Virus record (IMG/VR): IMGVR_UViG_3300047160_004777
Coordinates: 15,007 to 79,006 of that record
Direction: 5' to 3' (one strand)
Origin: a virus
Taxonomy: Duplodnaviria; Caudoviricetes
Length of the DNA stretch: 64,000 nucleotides
Shown here: in pieces, positions 17,421-24,663 of the stretch
How positions within the stretch are numbered: position 1 is the stretch's first letter
Layout: the number at the start of each line of letters is the position of its first letter
The notes under the pieces: model-generated
Databases searched by the model: none
What the model was told of the DNA's origin: nothing
The model's input: only the letters and a program-made list of their open reading frames with translations
Made by a program: the position numbers and the translations under genes

Positions 17421-18457
17421 TCCAGAGGGCGCCAGCTTTGTCCGAGAACCAGCCGGCCGATGGTCGTTCGACTGACTCCGTATCGCGCACCGAGTTCATC
17501 TTGCGTCCACTCGCCGGTTGCGTACAGTTCGGAAATGAGCCGGCGTACCTCGGGATCGTCCAGCGAACCGCTTCCCAAGGGGCCGGTATGACCACGGCGA
17601 CCCTTGCGAATCATGTCGTGCATGTTGTCGAGAGCCGTTCCCTCGCGCAGATGGTCGGGTTCCTGGCATATGGGTCTGTCGCAGTTATGGAGCGCGTGGG
17701 GAGCAAGCTCGCTCAGGGGTTTGCCGAGCTTCAGCGACAGGCCGAATCGGTGGGCGGTCGTCATCACTGTTCCGGTCCAAAACAGGCCGTAACCGGCCTC
17801 GTTCGTGGCGCCGAGCCAATCTCTTCCGCGACAGGCAGAAACCTTCTCGTTGTTGACCAAAGCCCAGTAGCGTTGCGTCGGTGTCGGGCGCATTTTCGGC
17901 GGTCGTTGCACAAGCAATCGGCAGCGCGGCTTCCCGCAAGATTTCTGCTCCTTACCGCCGGCGCGACGAGGGATATAGACCTCTTCGCAAATGGGACAGA
18001 CGCGCGGTTCCTCGCGCAGCAGGCCGCGTTTCCGTTTCGCGGCTTTGAGCAAGGCGCTAGGCGTAGAACCGGCCCCGCGACTTGCCCAACTCGCTTTCAG
18101 GACTTCGCTGCGCGGCCCGCAAACGCAATGCGCCAGCGCAACACACAGCGTAACGTTACACACGAGAGCTACTATGTAATCGTCCGGGACGAGTCCATAG
18201 GCGAGTTCCCACCGCACACGTACAACACGCGGTTGTTTGGGACGGGCATCCTCGCCGCAAAAGATTACGGGGGAACCTTCTTTGTTCAGCGATCCTGTCC
18301 AAAGCTCGTGACCCGAGTGGCCAGGCGAGATCAGTGTCGCTATCCGTTCCGACAGGACCGTATTATTGAGAAGCATCGCGGGATGTCCTCCGTGGTGTCG
18401 CGCTCCCGGCTGTTGACTCAGTGCGGGAGCATTCCGTTTTCCGCGATTGTATCGTTC
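17262..18457 (+). mobile_element. structured intervening element B carrying an antisense HNH endonuclease
   Basis: Begins right after AAT GCC and ends 5' of the TAA at 18458; the 5' end ACGGCGTCATCG pairs with the 3' end CGATTGTATCGT; shares its ends with element A. Confidence 0.55.
17417..18376 (-). CDS. HNH homing endonuclease (two HNH-like units, Zn finger, C-terminal HTH)
   Basis: GGAGG SD; WLGATNEAGYG..AHR..ALHNCDRPICQEPDHLREGTALDNMHDM; CPIC..CGKPRC; TQDELGARYGVSRTTI. Confidence 0.85.
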   Translation of the reverse strand: MLLNNTVLSERIATLISPGHSGHELWTGSLNKEGSPVIFCGEDARPKQPRVVRVRWELAYGLVPDDYIVALVCNVTLCVALAHCVCGPRSEVLKASWASRGAGSTPSALLKAAKRKRGLLREEPRVCPICEEVYIPRRAGGKEQKSCGKPRCRLLVQRPPKMRPTPTQRYWALVNNEKVSACRGRDWLGATNEAGYGLFWTGTVMTTAHRFGLSLKLGKPLSELAPHALHNCDRPICQEPDHLREGTALDNMHDMIRKGRRGHTGPLGSGSLDDPEVRRLISELYATGEWTQDELGARYGVSRTTIGRLVLGQSWRPLD

Positions 18458-18475
18458 TAACTAGGAGGTACCCGA

Positions 18476-18817
18476 ATGACGGATACACCGAGCCCGACGA
18501 CCAGTCCCGCCACCGAACCGGCCGCACCGACCGGCGACGCGCCGGCGCCAGACGGGTCGCGTACGCAGGGCGAAGGTCCCGACGTATACGACGGGTCCGA
18601 GATCGAAAAGATGTGGGTTCAACCCGCAGCGCAACACAAGGCGAGCGGCATGGTTGTTCTGTTCGAGCGCCACCCGGCCCACCCGGACGGCGAGGCGTTT
18701 ATTGGCGGCGACGGACCGGCGGTCGAGGTTGCCAAGACACCGGCCGTGATGGCGAAGCTCGACGCCGGCGACCTCGAAGAAGCCGAAGCGCCCGCACCAC
18801 CCGCTCCACCGAGCTAG
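18476..18817 (+). CDS. head-associated hypothetical protein
   Basis: GGAGG SD; shares the domain VVLFERHPAHPDGEAF with the next gene. Confidence 0.65.
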   Translation: MTDTPSPTTSPATEPAAPTGDAPAPDGSRTQGEGPDVYDGSEIEKMWVQPAAQHKASGMVVLFERHPAHPDGEAFIGGDGPAVEVAKTPAVMAKLDAGDLEEAEAPAPPAPPS

Positions 18818-18819
18818 AT

Positions 18820-19368
18820 ATGGCCGAACGAAAGACTGAAGCAGCGATTGCTGAGTACGAACGCGAGCGGGCCGTCAAGCGCGGTGTTGCAGCGGGCGAC
18901 CTCGAAACGTTGGTCGCGCGCACGATCTGGGTGCTTTCGGGTCGTGCCGACGACCGCGTGGTGATCTACGAACGCGACCCGCGCCATCCGGCAGGCGAAG
19001 CGTTCGTGGCGGGCTCGTGCCCGGCGCGCGTGTATCGTACGGAAGAGATGGAACGGCTCATGCTCACCGGGGAGCTGGTCGAAGTGCCCGCGCCTCGCAA
19101 GTTCGTCAAGGTGATGGACGAGTTCACCAACGAGGAACGCGACGAGCCCAACCCGAAGTATCCGTTGGATATCGACATCGAGCCCTACGAACAGATGGTC
19201 GTGAATCCCGGACGACCCACGCCCCTCGGTCGTCGGATGGACCCAACCTTGTGGGACGAAGAGACGATTCGAGAAGTCCAAACACGCGTGGCGAAACAGC
19301 CGCGTGAGGTTCGGCTTGCTCCAGGCGGGTACGTGCCCCGTCTCCAGGACGTGGACCGGCCTGCATAG
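18820..19368 (+). CDS. head-associated hypothetical protein (paralogue of 18476)
   Basis: ATG at 18820; VVIYERDPRHPAGEAF. Confidence 0.65.
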   Translation: MAERKTEAAIAEYERERAVKRGVAAGDLETLVARTIWVLSGRADDRVVIYERDPRHPAGEAFVAGSCPARVYRTEEMERLMLTGELVEVPAPRKFVKVMDEFTNEERDEPNPKYPLDIDIEPYEQMVVNPGRPTPLGRRMDPTLWDEETIREVQTRVAKQPREVRLAPGGYVPRLQDVDRPA

Positions 19369-20279
19369 TGGTTGCAGTTACTGGCGAGGCTAGTCACTTC
19401 GACGGTTCCCAAGCTTGGTTGGGAACCGTTATTCCTCCATTCCCACCCGGCGGCACCCCCATCTCCGTTAGTGTCCGCCAATCCCTCGGAGCGACTGGCG
19501 CGCCGGTTGTGCTCGTGCTCACGGATGTCAACGGGACACATTCATATCAAGCATCACCAGACGCCACGGGCTTGGCGTCGATTACGGCGTTACTGTCGCC
19601 TGTGGCTGTTGCGCTGATTCAGTTCGGGCCACGCCCGACGACCTCGGGCACGTTCCAAGACGTGTCGTACTGGACGGATTGGGTAAGCCCAGCGCAGGGC
19701 GCCCCGCCGCTGACCGGCACGAACATCCGGCCCTACGGCGAGCAATTCACGCTTCCGACCGGAGCGCCAGCTCAGCCGCCGGTCGAGACGCTCACGGTCT
19801 TGAACCTGCTGACGGACGCTGACAACCCGCTCATCCGAGCCCTTATTCGTACTGACCTCGGGCCGAATGACTTGCCAGACGCGGTGATCGAGATGGCGTA
19901 TCCGTATGCGAACGCGCGGGTAGCTTCCATCGACACGCTCGCGCCGTGGCCGGCAGGTTCGCAGCAAGCGAACTTCGACCATCAGGCGGCGGTCTATCTC
20001 GCGGCAGCGCACCTGATCGTGAGCGTGCCGTTGCCGACTCGCGAACGATTCGAGGGCTATCTGTACGAGCTACAGCCGTTCGATCCACAAGAGCGCGCGG
20101 ACGCGTTGAGGGCAACAGCTCAAGGATTGCTCATGCTGAACATGGGGCCGCAAGGGCAAACGTTCACTGGGGCTCTGCGCGCAGTGAGCTTTACCACCGC
20201 CGCAGGTGGGCGCGGCGACGTATCGAACTCTGGACTGGGGCAGTTGTCTCCGTATAGGCAGACAGCAAACTCGTACTAA
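19368..20279 (+). CDS. head-tail adaptor-like protein
   Basis: C-terminal helical domain IRALIRTDLGPNDLPDAVIE..AAVYLAAAHL; position after the MCP. Confidence 0.55.
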   Translation: MVAVTGEASHFDGSQAWLGTVIPPFPPGGTPISVSVRQSLGATGAPVVLVLTDVNGTHSYQASPDATGLASITALLSPVAVALIQFGPRPTTSGTFQDVSYWTDWVSPAQGAPPLTGTNIRPYGEQFTLPTGAPAQPPVETLTVLNLLTDADNPLIRALIRTDLGPNDLPDAVIEMAYPYANARVASIDTLAPWPAGSQQANFDHQAAVYLAAAHLIVSVPLPTRERFEGYLYELQPFDPQERADALRATAQGLLMLNMGPQGQTFTGALRAVSFTTAAGGRGDVSNSGLGQLSPYRQTANSY

Positions 20280-20285
20280 GGCGTT

Positions 20286-21206
20286 ATGGCTAGTTCCACG
20301 TGGGTGCAAGGCCGCGTGTACCGCATGATGCGGCACACCTATACGTGGATGCCGCGCGTGCTCGAAACCGAAACCCCACTTCAGGACTGGCTGTACGGTA
20401 CGAGCGCGACGCCACCATTTACGGGCTCGCTTACGGCAGGCGGGGTGACCCGCGCTGTCCAGATTCGAGCGAATCAAAACGCGAGCTTGTATGCCGTGGG
20501 GTTTCATGTCAACGGCGCGAGTATCGGCGGGCTCGCGGCGGTCGGCGTGTGGCCGGTCGGCAACCTTACGCCTATCGCGAATGAGGTGTTCAACATTCCC
20601 GCGCCGGGCGGCCCGTCCGCCTGGTTTGTGTACACGCTCAACACGGCCGTGCCCCTGAGTCCAAACAACGACTACCGAATCGGTGTCCTTCAGACGAACT
20701 TTCAGATGGACTATGCTGCGTCCTACTCGTGGGGATCGGGCGTGGTCTCGAACCCCAACGCGTTCTTTACCGCGCTCGCGACGTTCTACGGCGGTTCGCT
20801 GGCTTCGACCAATCTGAGCTATCCCAACACGTCCGATACGAACAACTACTACGTCGATCCCTACGTAGAACAAACAGCCGGCGCAGTCGATCCTTGGGGA
20901 CTGCCTCTCGAAACGACCGACTCGCCGCCGGCGCCGGCGCCCGTTCCGAACAAGCCGTGTCTCTTCCGAGACGAGTCGATGATCGTCAACGGGTTGAATG
21001 GCCCGATTCAATACCAGCGCACGCGTCTGTTTCTGCCGTTTGACGATCCCTTGCGCGAGGGCGACTACGTGACGGACGTGATGGACCCACTCACAGGGCG
21101 AGTCTTTGTCGCTCAACCATCCCGGACCGAACTCCTTACGCTCACGGCCACGAAAGACGCCTTGATCTGGAAGCAAGTTACTATTCGTTGGTCGGAGGTG
21201 GACTGA
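20286..21206 (+). CDS. head-closure-like protein with an inserted DUF4082-like beta domain
   Basis: Central IRANQNASLYAVGF..WFVYTLNTAVPL..YYVDPY; C-terminal PCLF..RLFLPFDDPLREGDYV. Confidence 0.55.
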   Translation: MASSTWVQGRVYRMMRHTYTWMPRVLETETPLQDWLYGTSATPPFTGSLTAGGVTRAVQIRANQNASLYAVGFHVNGASIGGLAAVGVWPVGNLTPIANEVFNIPAPGGPSAWFVYTLNTAVPLSPNNDYRIGVLQTNFQMDYAASYSWGSGVVSNPNAFFTALATFYGGSLASTNLSYPNTSDTNNYYVDPYVEQTAGAVDPWGLPLETTDSPPAPAPVPNKPCLFRDESMIVNGLNGPIQYQRTRLFLPFDDPLREGDYVTDVMDPLTGRVFVAQPSRTELLTLTATKDALIWKQVTIRWSEVD

Positions 21207-21652
21207 TGCCTCGCGGGACTCGCAACCGTCCTGTCGCGGTGGGCAATCGGCCGTTGCGGTCGGTTGGGCCAACCTCGATCAACATTTCGGGGACAGGTAC
21301 GACGTACCAGTGGCGCGGTCAGCGCGTGATCGAAGCCTTCAACGAAACGCTGACGCGCGGGTTTCAGAACCTGGCGGCGTTCGCTGAATCGTACTGGCGC
21401 AACGAAGAATGGACTCGGGATCGCCACCCGTACATGACGGGCAACGAGCGCGATCAGGGCTTCTTCAGTGTTTCCATCGAGAACGGCAGGGTGTTGCTCG
21501 AAGTTGGCGCCGAGACGTACTACGCCACCTACGAAGAGTTCGGCACGATCCATCGGCCTGGGCACTACCCGATCCGCAATACTCTCGACCGCGTGGCCTA
21601 CCGTTTCGGCGACGTGATTCGTGACGCGGCTCGACAAGACGGGTTGGTCTGA
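21206..21652 (+). CDS. HK97 gp10-like tail completion protein
   Basis: PYMTGNER..VGAETYYATYEEFGT..PIRNTL. Confidence 0.7.
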   Translation: MPRGTRNRPVAVGNRPLRSVGPTSINISGTGTTYQWRGQRVIEAFNETLTRGFQNLAAFAESYWRNEEWTRDRHPYMTGNERDQGFFSVSIENGRVLLEVGAETYYATYEEFGTIHRPGHYPIRNTLDRVAYRFGDVIRDAARQDGLV

Positions 21653-22164
21653 TGGTTGCGGGGCTGATGCTTCCGGACGTAGTGGGAGCCATCATTTCGA
21701 TCCTGAACAGCGATCCGGACGTGTCGGGCTACTGTCGGCGCAACCTGAAGGACCCGACCGCTCCCGCGCGCATCGCGAGCGCGTTTCCTGAAGCGCCGGC
21801 CACGGACCTGCGACGGCATTGGTTCATGCCCGACTATGCCGTCCTGATCCGTCGCGCCGGCGGCGCCGCGACAAACCTCGACATGGACCTCCATTACGCT
21901 CGGCTCGACATTCGCTGTTACGGTCCCGGACCCACGGTCAACGTGCGTCGGCGTACCGCCGAAGAGTTGTGGCGCGTGCTTCATCCCGCCTTGATCCCAC
22001 CGCTGTATACCGGGCTCCCCTCATCGTTCCGGGTCTCGCGTGCGATCATTCAGCGCATCCAACAGGAAGCTGAGCCCATCCCGCAAGACGAGCCCGGAAC
22101 CGACTGGCCGCTCGTCCTCACTCCCTACATCGTGTGGTACATGGGACAGAGGATCGCCGCGTGA
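21652..22164 (+). CDS. tail terminator-like protein
   Basis: DVVGAIISIL, ARLDIRCYG..AEELWRVLH; gene order. Confidence 0.6.
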   Translation: MVAGLMLPDVVGAIISILNSDPDVSGYCRRNLKDPTAPARIASAFPEAPATDLRRHWFMPDYAVLIRRAGGAATNLDMDLHYARLDIRCYGPGPTVNVRRRTAEELWRVLHPALIPPLYTGLPSSFRVSRAIIQRIQQEAEPIPQDEPGTDWPLVLTPYIVWYMGQRIAA

Positions 22165-22700
22165 GCGAGCTGCTCGTTCCACACGGTCCTGGTTGGGAAC
22201 GGGTTGGTGACTGGGTTGAGCCGTACCGCCGCGAAGGAGCGGCCGGGCTCAAGCTCGGTAACTGGATGACGCGCGACGAGTGGAATCGTTGGCAGCGATA
22301 TCAAGACAGTCGGTTCTTCTTAGTTCGCAATCGGGGTGGGGACACGGGCGAGCGGTTCCGTTGTAGTCGGCACGCGTACGAGCCCGGTATCTCCGAGCCG
22401 GTCTACCACGAATTTATGACGCTGATGTGCGTAGATCGGCCGTGGCGCGGACTCGACGGAGCCTTGTACGCCTACGCGACGATCACGAGCGACGAACGGC
22501 TGAAGTCGATGATTCTGCGCGATTTACCGGCAGCCAATAACGCTCATCCCGCGACGTTCGGTAATCTGACACCCAACTTCGATGGTGAGGAACTGATCGC
22601 CGTGTCCTTGGGCATCGCGGAACCGATCACTCAGGCTCACGCCAAACGGCTCGCGGATGAGATCAACTCGCGACGCCCACCGAAGCCTTTCGAGCTATAA
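22161..22700 (+). CDS. hypothetical protein
   Basis: GTGA overlap, globular composition, RFRCSRH..HEFMTLMC. Confidence 0.6.
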   Translation: MSELLVPHGPGWERVGDWVEPYRREGAAGLKLGNWMTRDEWNRWQRYQDSRFFLVRNRGGDTGERFRCSRHAYEPGISEPVYHEFMTLMCVDRPWRGLDGALYAYATITSDERLKSMILRDLPAANNAHPATFGNLTPNFDGEELIAVSLGIAEPITQAHAKRLADEINSRRPPKPFEL

Positions 22701-22711
22701 GGAGGTTCACC

Positions 22712-22921
22712 GTGCCGAAGTTTTTGGGACCCGGCGAGCTGGCTTTAGGTCAGGACGCAGATGGCAATGTTCAACAGTGGTATCACCCCGGCGACGACGT
22801 ACCGGCCGACGACGCGACCTTGAAATGGCTCGTCTCGTGGGGACTGACGTTCGATCCGATGCCAGGTACGCAGCCCGCCCCGGCGCCAGCACCCGCTCCG
22901 GCCCCGGCGCCCCCGGCTTAG
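22712..22921 (+). CDS. small virion protein with a PAPAPA tail
   Basis: AAGGAGG SD and GTG; YHPGDDVP..LKWLVSWG. Confidence 0.6.
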   Translation: MPKFLGPGELALGQDADGNVQQWYHPGDDVPADDATLKWLVSWGLTFDPMPGTQPAPAPAPAPAPAPPA

Positions 22922-22931
22922 CCTACGCATC

Positions 22932-22977
22932 GCATCCAGCGGTACGTAGAGACCACGCGCTATCCAGGCGCAAAGGA
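22932..22977 (+). promoter_or_regulatory. conserved leader motif, copy 1 (before the tail tube gene)
   Basis: GCATCCAGCGG..GAGAC..GCG..ATCCAGGCGC.AAAGGA; a second copy lies at 23657-23705. Confidence 0.55.
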
Positions 22978-22984
22978 CTAACCA

Positions 22985-23611
22985 ATGGCAGGACTCGATC
23001 AAACACAGGTCATCGCCGGCCGTAACTTGCTGCTTTACACGGAGCCGTGGATATACAGCAATACCTACGTTGCCGATAGCGTTGTATGGGGCGACCCTCC
23101 AGGGTGGGGTGGTTCGTGGATAGACCTCGGGTTCACCCGCGACGGTCTGCGGTTCCGCTTGCAGGTCGAACGTCAGGACGTGCTGGTCGATCAGGTTGTT
23201 GACCCGGTTCTGCGTATTCCGACTCGCCGTAACTTGAACCTGGAAACGGCGCTCGCCCAGATCAACTCGCAGAACCTGTCGTACTCAACTGGTCAGGGCA
23301 CCATTTCTACGATTGCTCCCGGTGCTCCGGGCACGAACACCTTCGGCCATCAGGACTACGTGGTGTCGGGCACCATTGTTGACCTGTACTACACCGTGGG
23401 CTACGACATTTTGTCGCCGGGCACGAACCAGCCGGTTCGCGTGTTCGGATGGAAGTCGCTGTGTATGGCCGACGTGGAGATGCAGTTCAACGTCACGGAC
23501 GCCGCGCGCATCGCCTACAACATGGCGGTCCTGCCGGACACGGGGACAGTGGCTAACCCGATTAGCCCGCCTCGCGTCGCGACCTTCCGCGTGGTGACTT
23601 GGTCGGGTTAG
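22985..23611 (+). CDS. major tail tube protein
   Basis: WIDLGFTRDGLRF..DVLVDQ..LETALAQIN; position before the chaperone and tape measure genes. Confidence 0.8.
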   Translation: MAGLDQTQVIAGRNLLLYTEPWIYSNTYVADSVVWGDPPGWGGSWIDLGFTRDGLRFRLQVERQDVLVDQVVDPVLRIPTRRNLNLETALAQINSQNLSYSTGQGTISTIAPGAPGTNTFGHQDYVVSGTIVDLYYTVGYDILSPGTNQPVRVFGWKSLCMADVEMQFNVTDAARIAYNMAVLPDTGTVANPISPPRVATFRVVTWSG

Positions 23612-23656
23612 GATTGAGCGGGGCTGGCTACTAACCAGCCCCAGCCCGGCGAGGCG

Positions 23657-23705
23657 GCATCCAGCGGCTGAGTCGGAGACAAGGCGTCATCCAGGCGCTA
23701 AAGGA
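23657..23705 (+). promoter_or_regulatory. conserved leader motif, copy 2 (before the tail assembly chaperone)
   Basis: Near-identical to 22932-22977; ends in the SD. Confidence 0.55.
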
Positions 23706-23713
23706 GCACGGAC

Positions 23714-24358
23714 GTGCCCACAGACGCGAGTCGCTCGAATGGACGAGCTTCGCCGCCGCGTGTTTTGCGGATCGGCGATCTGTCGCCAGAACGTGTACCC
23801 GTCGAGTTCTCGAACGGGCGAATGCTTCAGGCGTGGGTCTGTACGAATCGTCGCTATCCGGCATCGGTGGCCGCCGACCTTGAAGATGCCCGCAACACCT
23901 ACCTCGCCACGCGCGAACGCGTCTATGAGGGACCGCCGCCGCCAGCCCTGGTAGCGGCCGCCCGAGCGTTGCTCGACGTGTTGCCGCCGCAGGATGACCT
24001 GTACAACCCGATCAGCGCCGCTATTGAGCAGCAGCGGATCGAGTTAGCCGCCGCGATCAAAGCCTACGACGACACGCCGCAGTTCCGGCCCAAGGCGTCC
24101 GAGTGGGAAACGTATCTCACACGCTGCTTGCTGCTGCTGATCCCCGGTTTGGAATACAGCGAGGCCGACATGATGTCGCAGGAGCAGCGTCTCGGCTGGC
24201 TGTTTGACCTCGGGTACTTCCAGCGTAATGAGGCGACAGATATGGAGGGAAACGAGCCCAGCTCTCCGGAACCGGCGGTGACGGAGCAGGCTCAGGAGAC
24301 GCCGGAGACTTCGATTGGGGACAAGCCCGCGCAAAATTTGGCCGGTTCTACAACGTAG
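23714..24358 (+). CDS. tail assembly chaperone (gpG-like)
   Basis: Between the tail tube and TMP genes; slippery site near the 3' end. Confidence 0.7.
   Translation: MPTDASRSNGRASPPRVLRIGDLSPERVPVEFSNGRMLQAWVCTNRRYPASVAADLEDARNTYLATRERVYEGPPPPALVAAARALLDVLPPQDDLYNPISAAIEQQRIELAAAIKAYDDTPQFRPKASEWETYLTRCLLLLIPGLEYSEADMMSQEQRLGWLFDLGYFQRNEATDMEGNEPSSPEPAVTEQAQETPETSIGDKPAQNLAGSTT
24334..24340 (+). other. programmed -1 frameshift slippery site A AAT TTG
   Basis: X XXY YYZ heptamer in the correct frame; the -1 frame (FGRFYNVGPDEQGR) runs into ORF 24379..24663. Confidence 0.75.
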
Positions 24359-24378
24359 GTCCCGACGAACAGGGGCGA

Positions 24379-24663
24379 ATGCTACTGCTGGAATGGTTCG
24401 CGTGGTGGAACGAGATTATTCCTCTACAAGCGGATGAGCAGTTGACCGCATATCAGGTGAACTTGTTGAGCGACTCGGGGTGGAAAACTGATCGCGAGAG
24501 CATCATTCAGGTTTGGAATCAACTTGCTCGTCGCGACAAGGCTGCCGGGCGGTTCGTGGCGGAAGGGACCGGCGACGGGGAAGTGGATGCGGTAGAAGCG
24601 TTGCGTCGTGATGCTCTGCGCGTCCGCGACTGGCTGAAGATCAATATGTCGGGGATTGACTAA
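24379..24663 (+). CDS. tail assembly chaperone frameshift extension (gpT-like)
   Basis: In the -1 frame of the upstream chaperone; stop overlaps the TMP start. Confidence 0.65.
   Translation: MLLLEWFAWWNEIIPLQADEQLTAYQVNLLSDSGWKTDRESIIQVWNQLARRDKAAGRFVAEGTGDGEVDAVEALRRDALRVRDWLKINMSGID

Noticed and set aside
17259-18454. Element B as a canonical group I intron (U at 17258, G at 18454 would give AAT TTC TAA)
   Set aside because: No P4/P6/P7 core could be found in the flanks of the HNH gene, and element A cannot be spliced with the same U/G rule
17438-18460. 340-aa plus-strand ORF over the HNH gene, and similar long shadow ORFs (e.g. 20070-21272, 31347-32327, 31444-32337)
   Set aside because: These are antisense or alternate-frame products of GC-rich coding sequence with no motifs; the opposite frame carries the recognisable protein
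20219-20279. A third stop-codon element at the end of the adaptor gene
   Set aside because: It has hairpins but stays in frame and lacks the GAYGCTGT, GATCC and CCGCGAT.GT blocks of elements A and B
23614-23645. Rho-independent terminator after the tail tube gene
   Set aside because: The GGGGCTGG/CCAGCCCC stem is present but there is no U-tract, so it was not called a terminator
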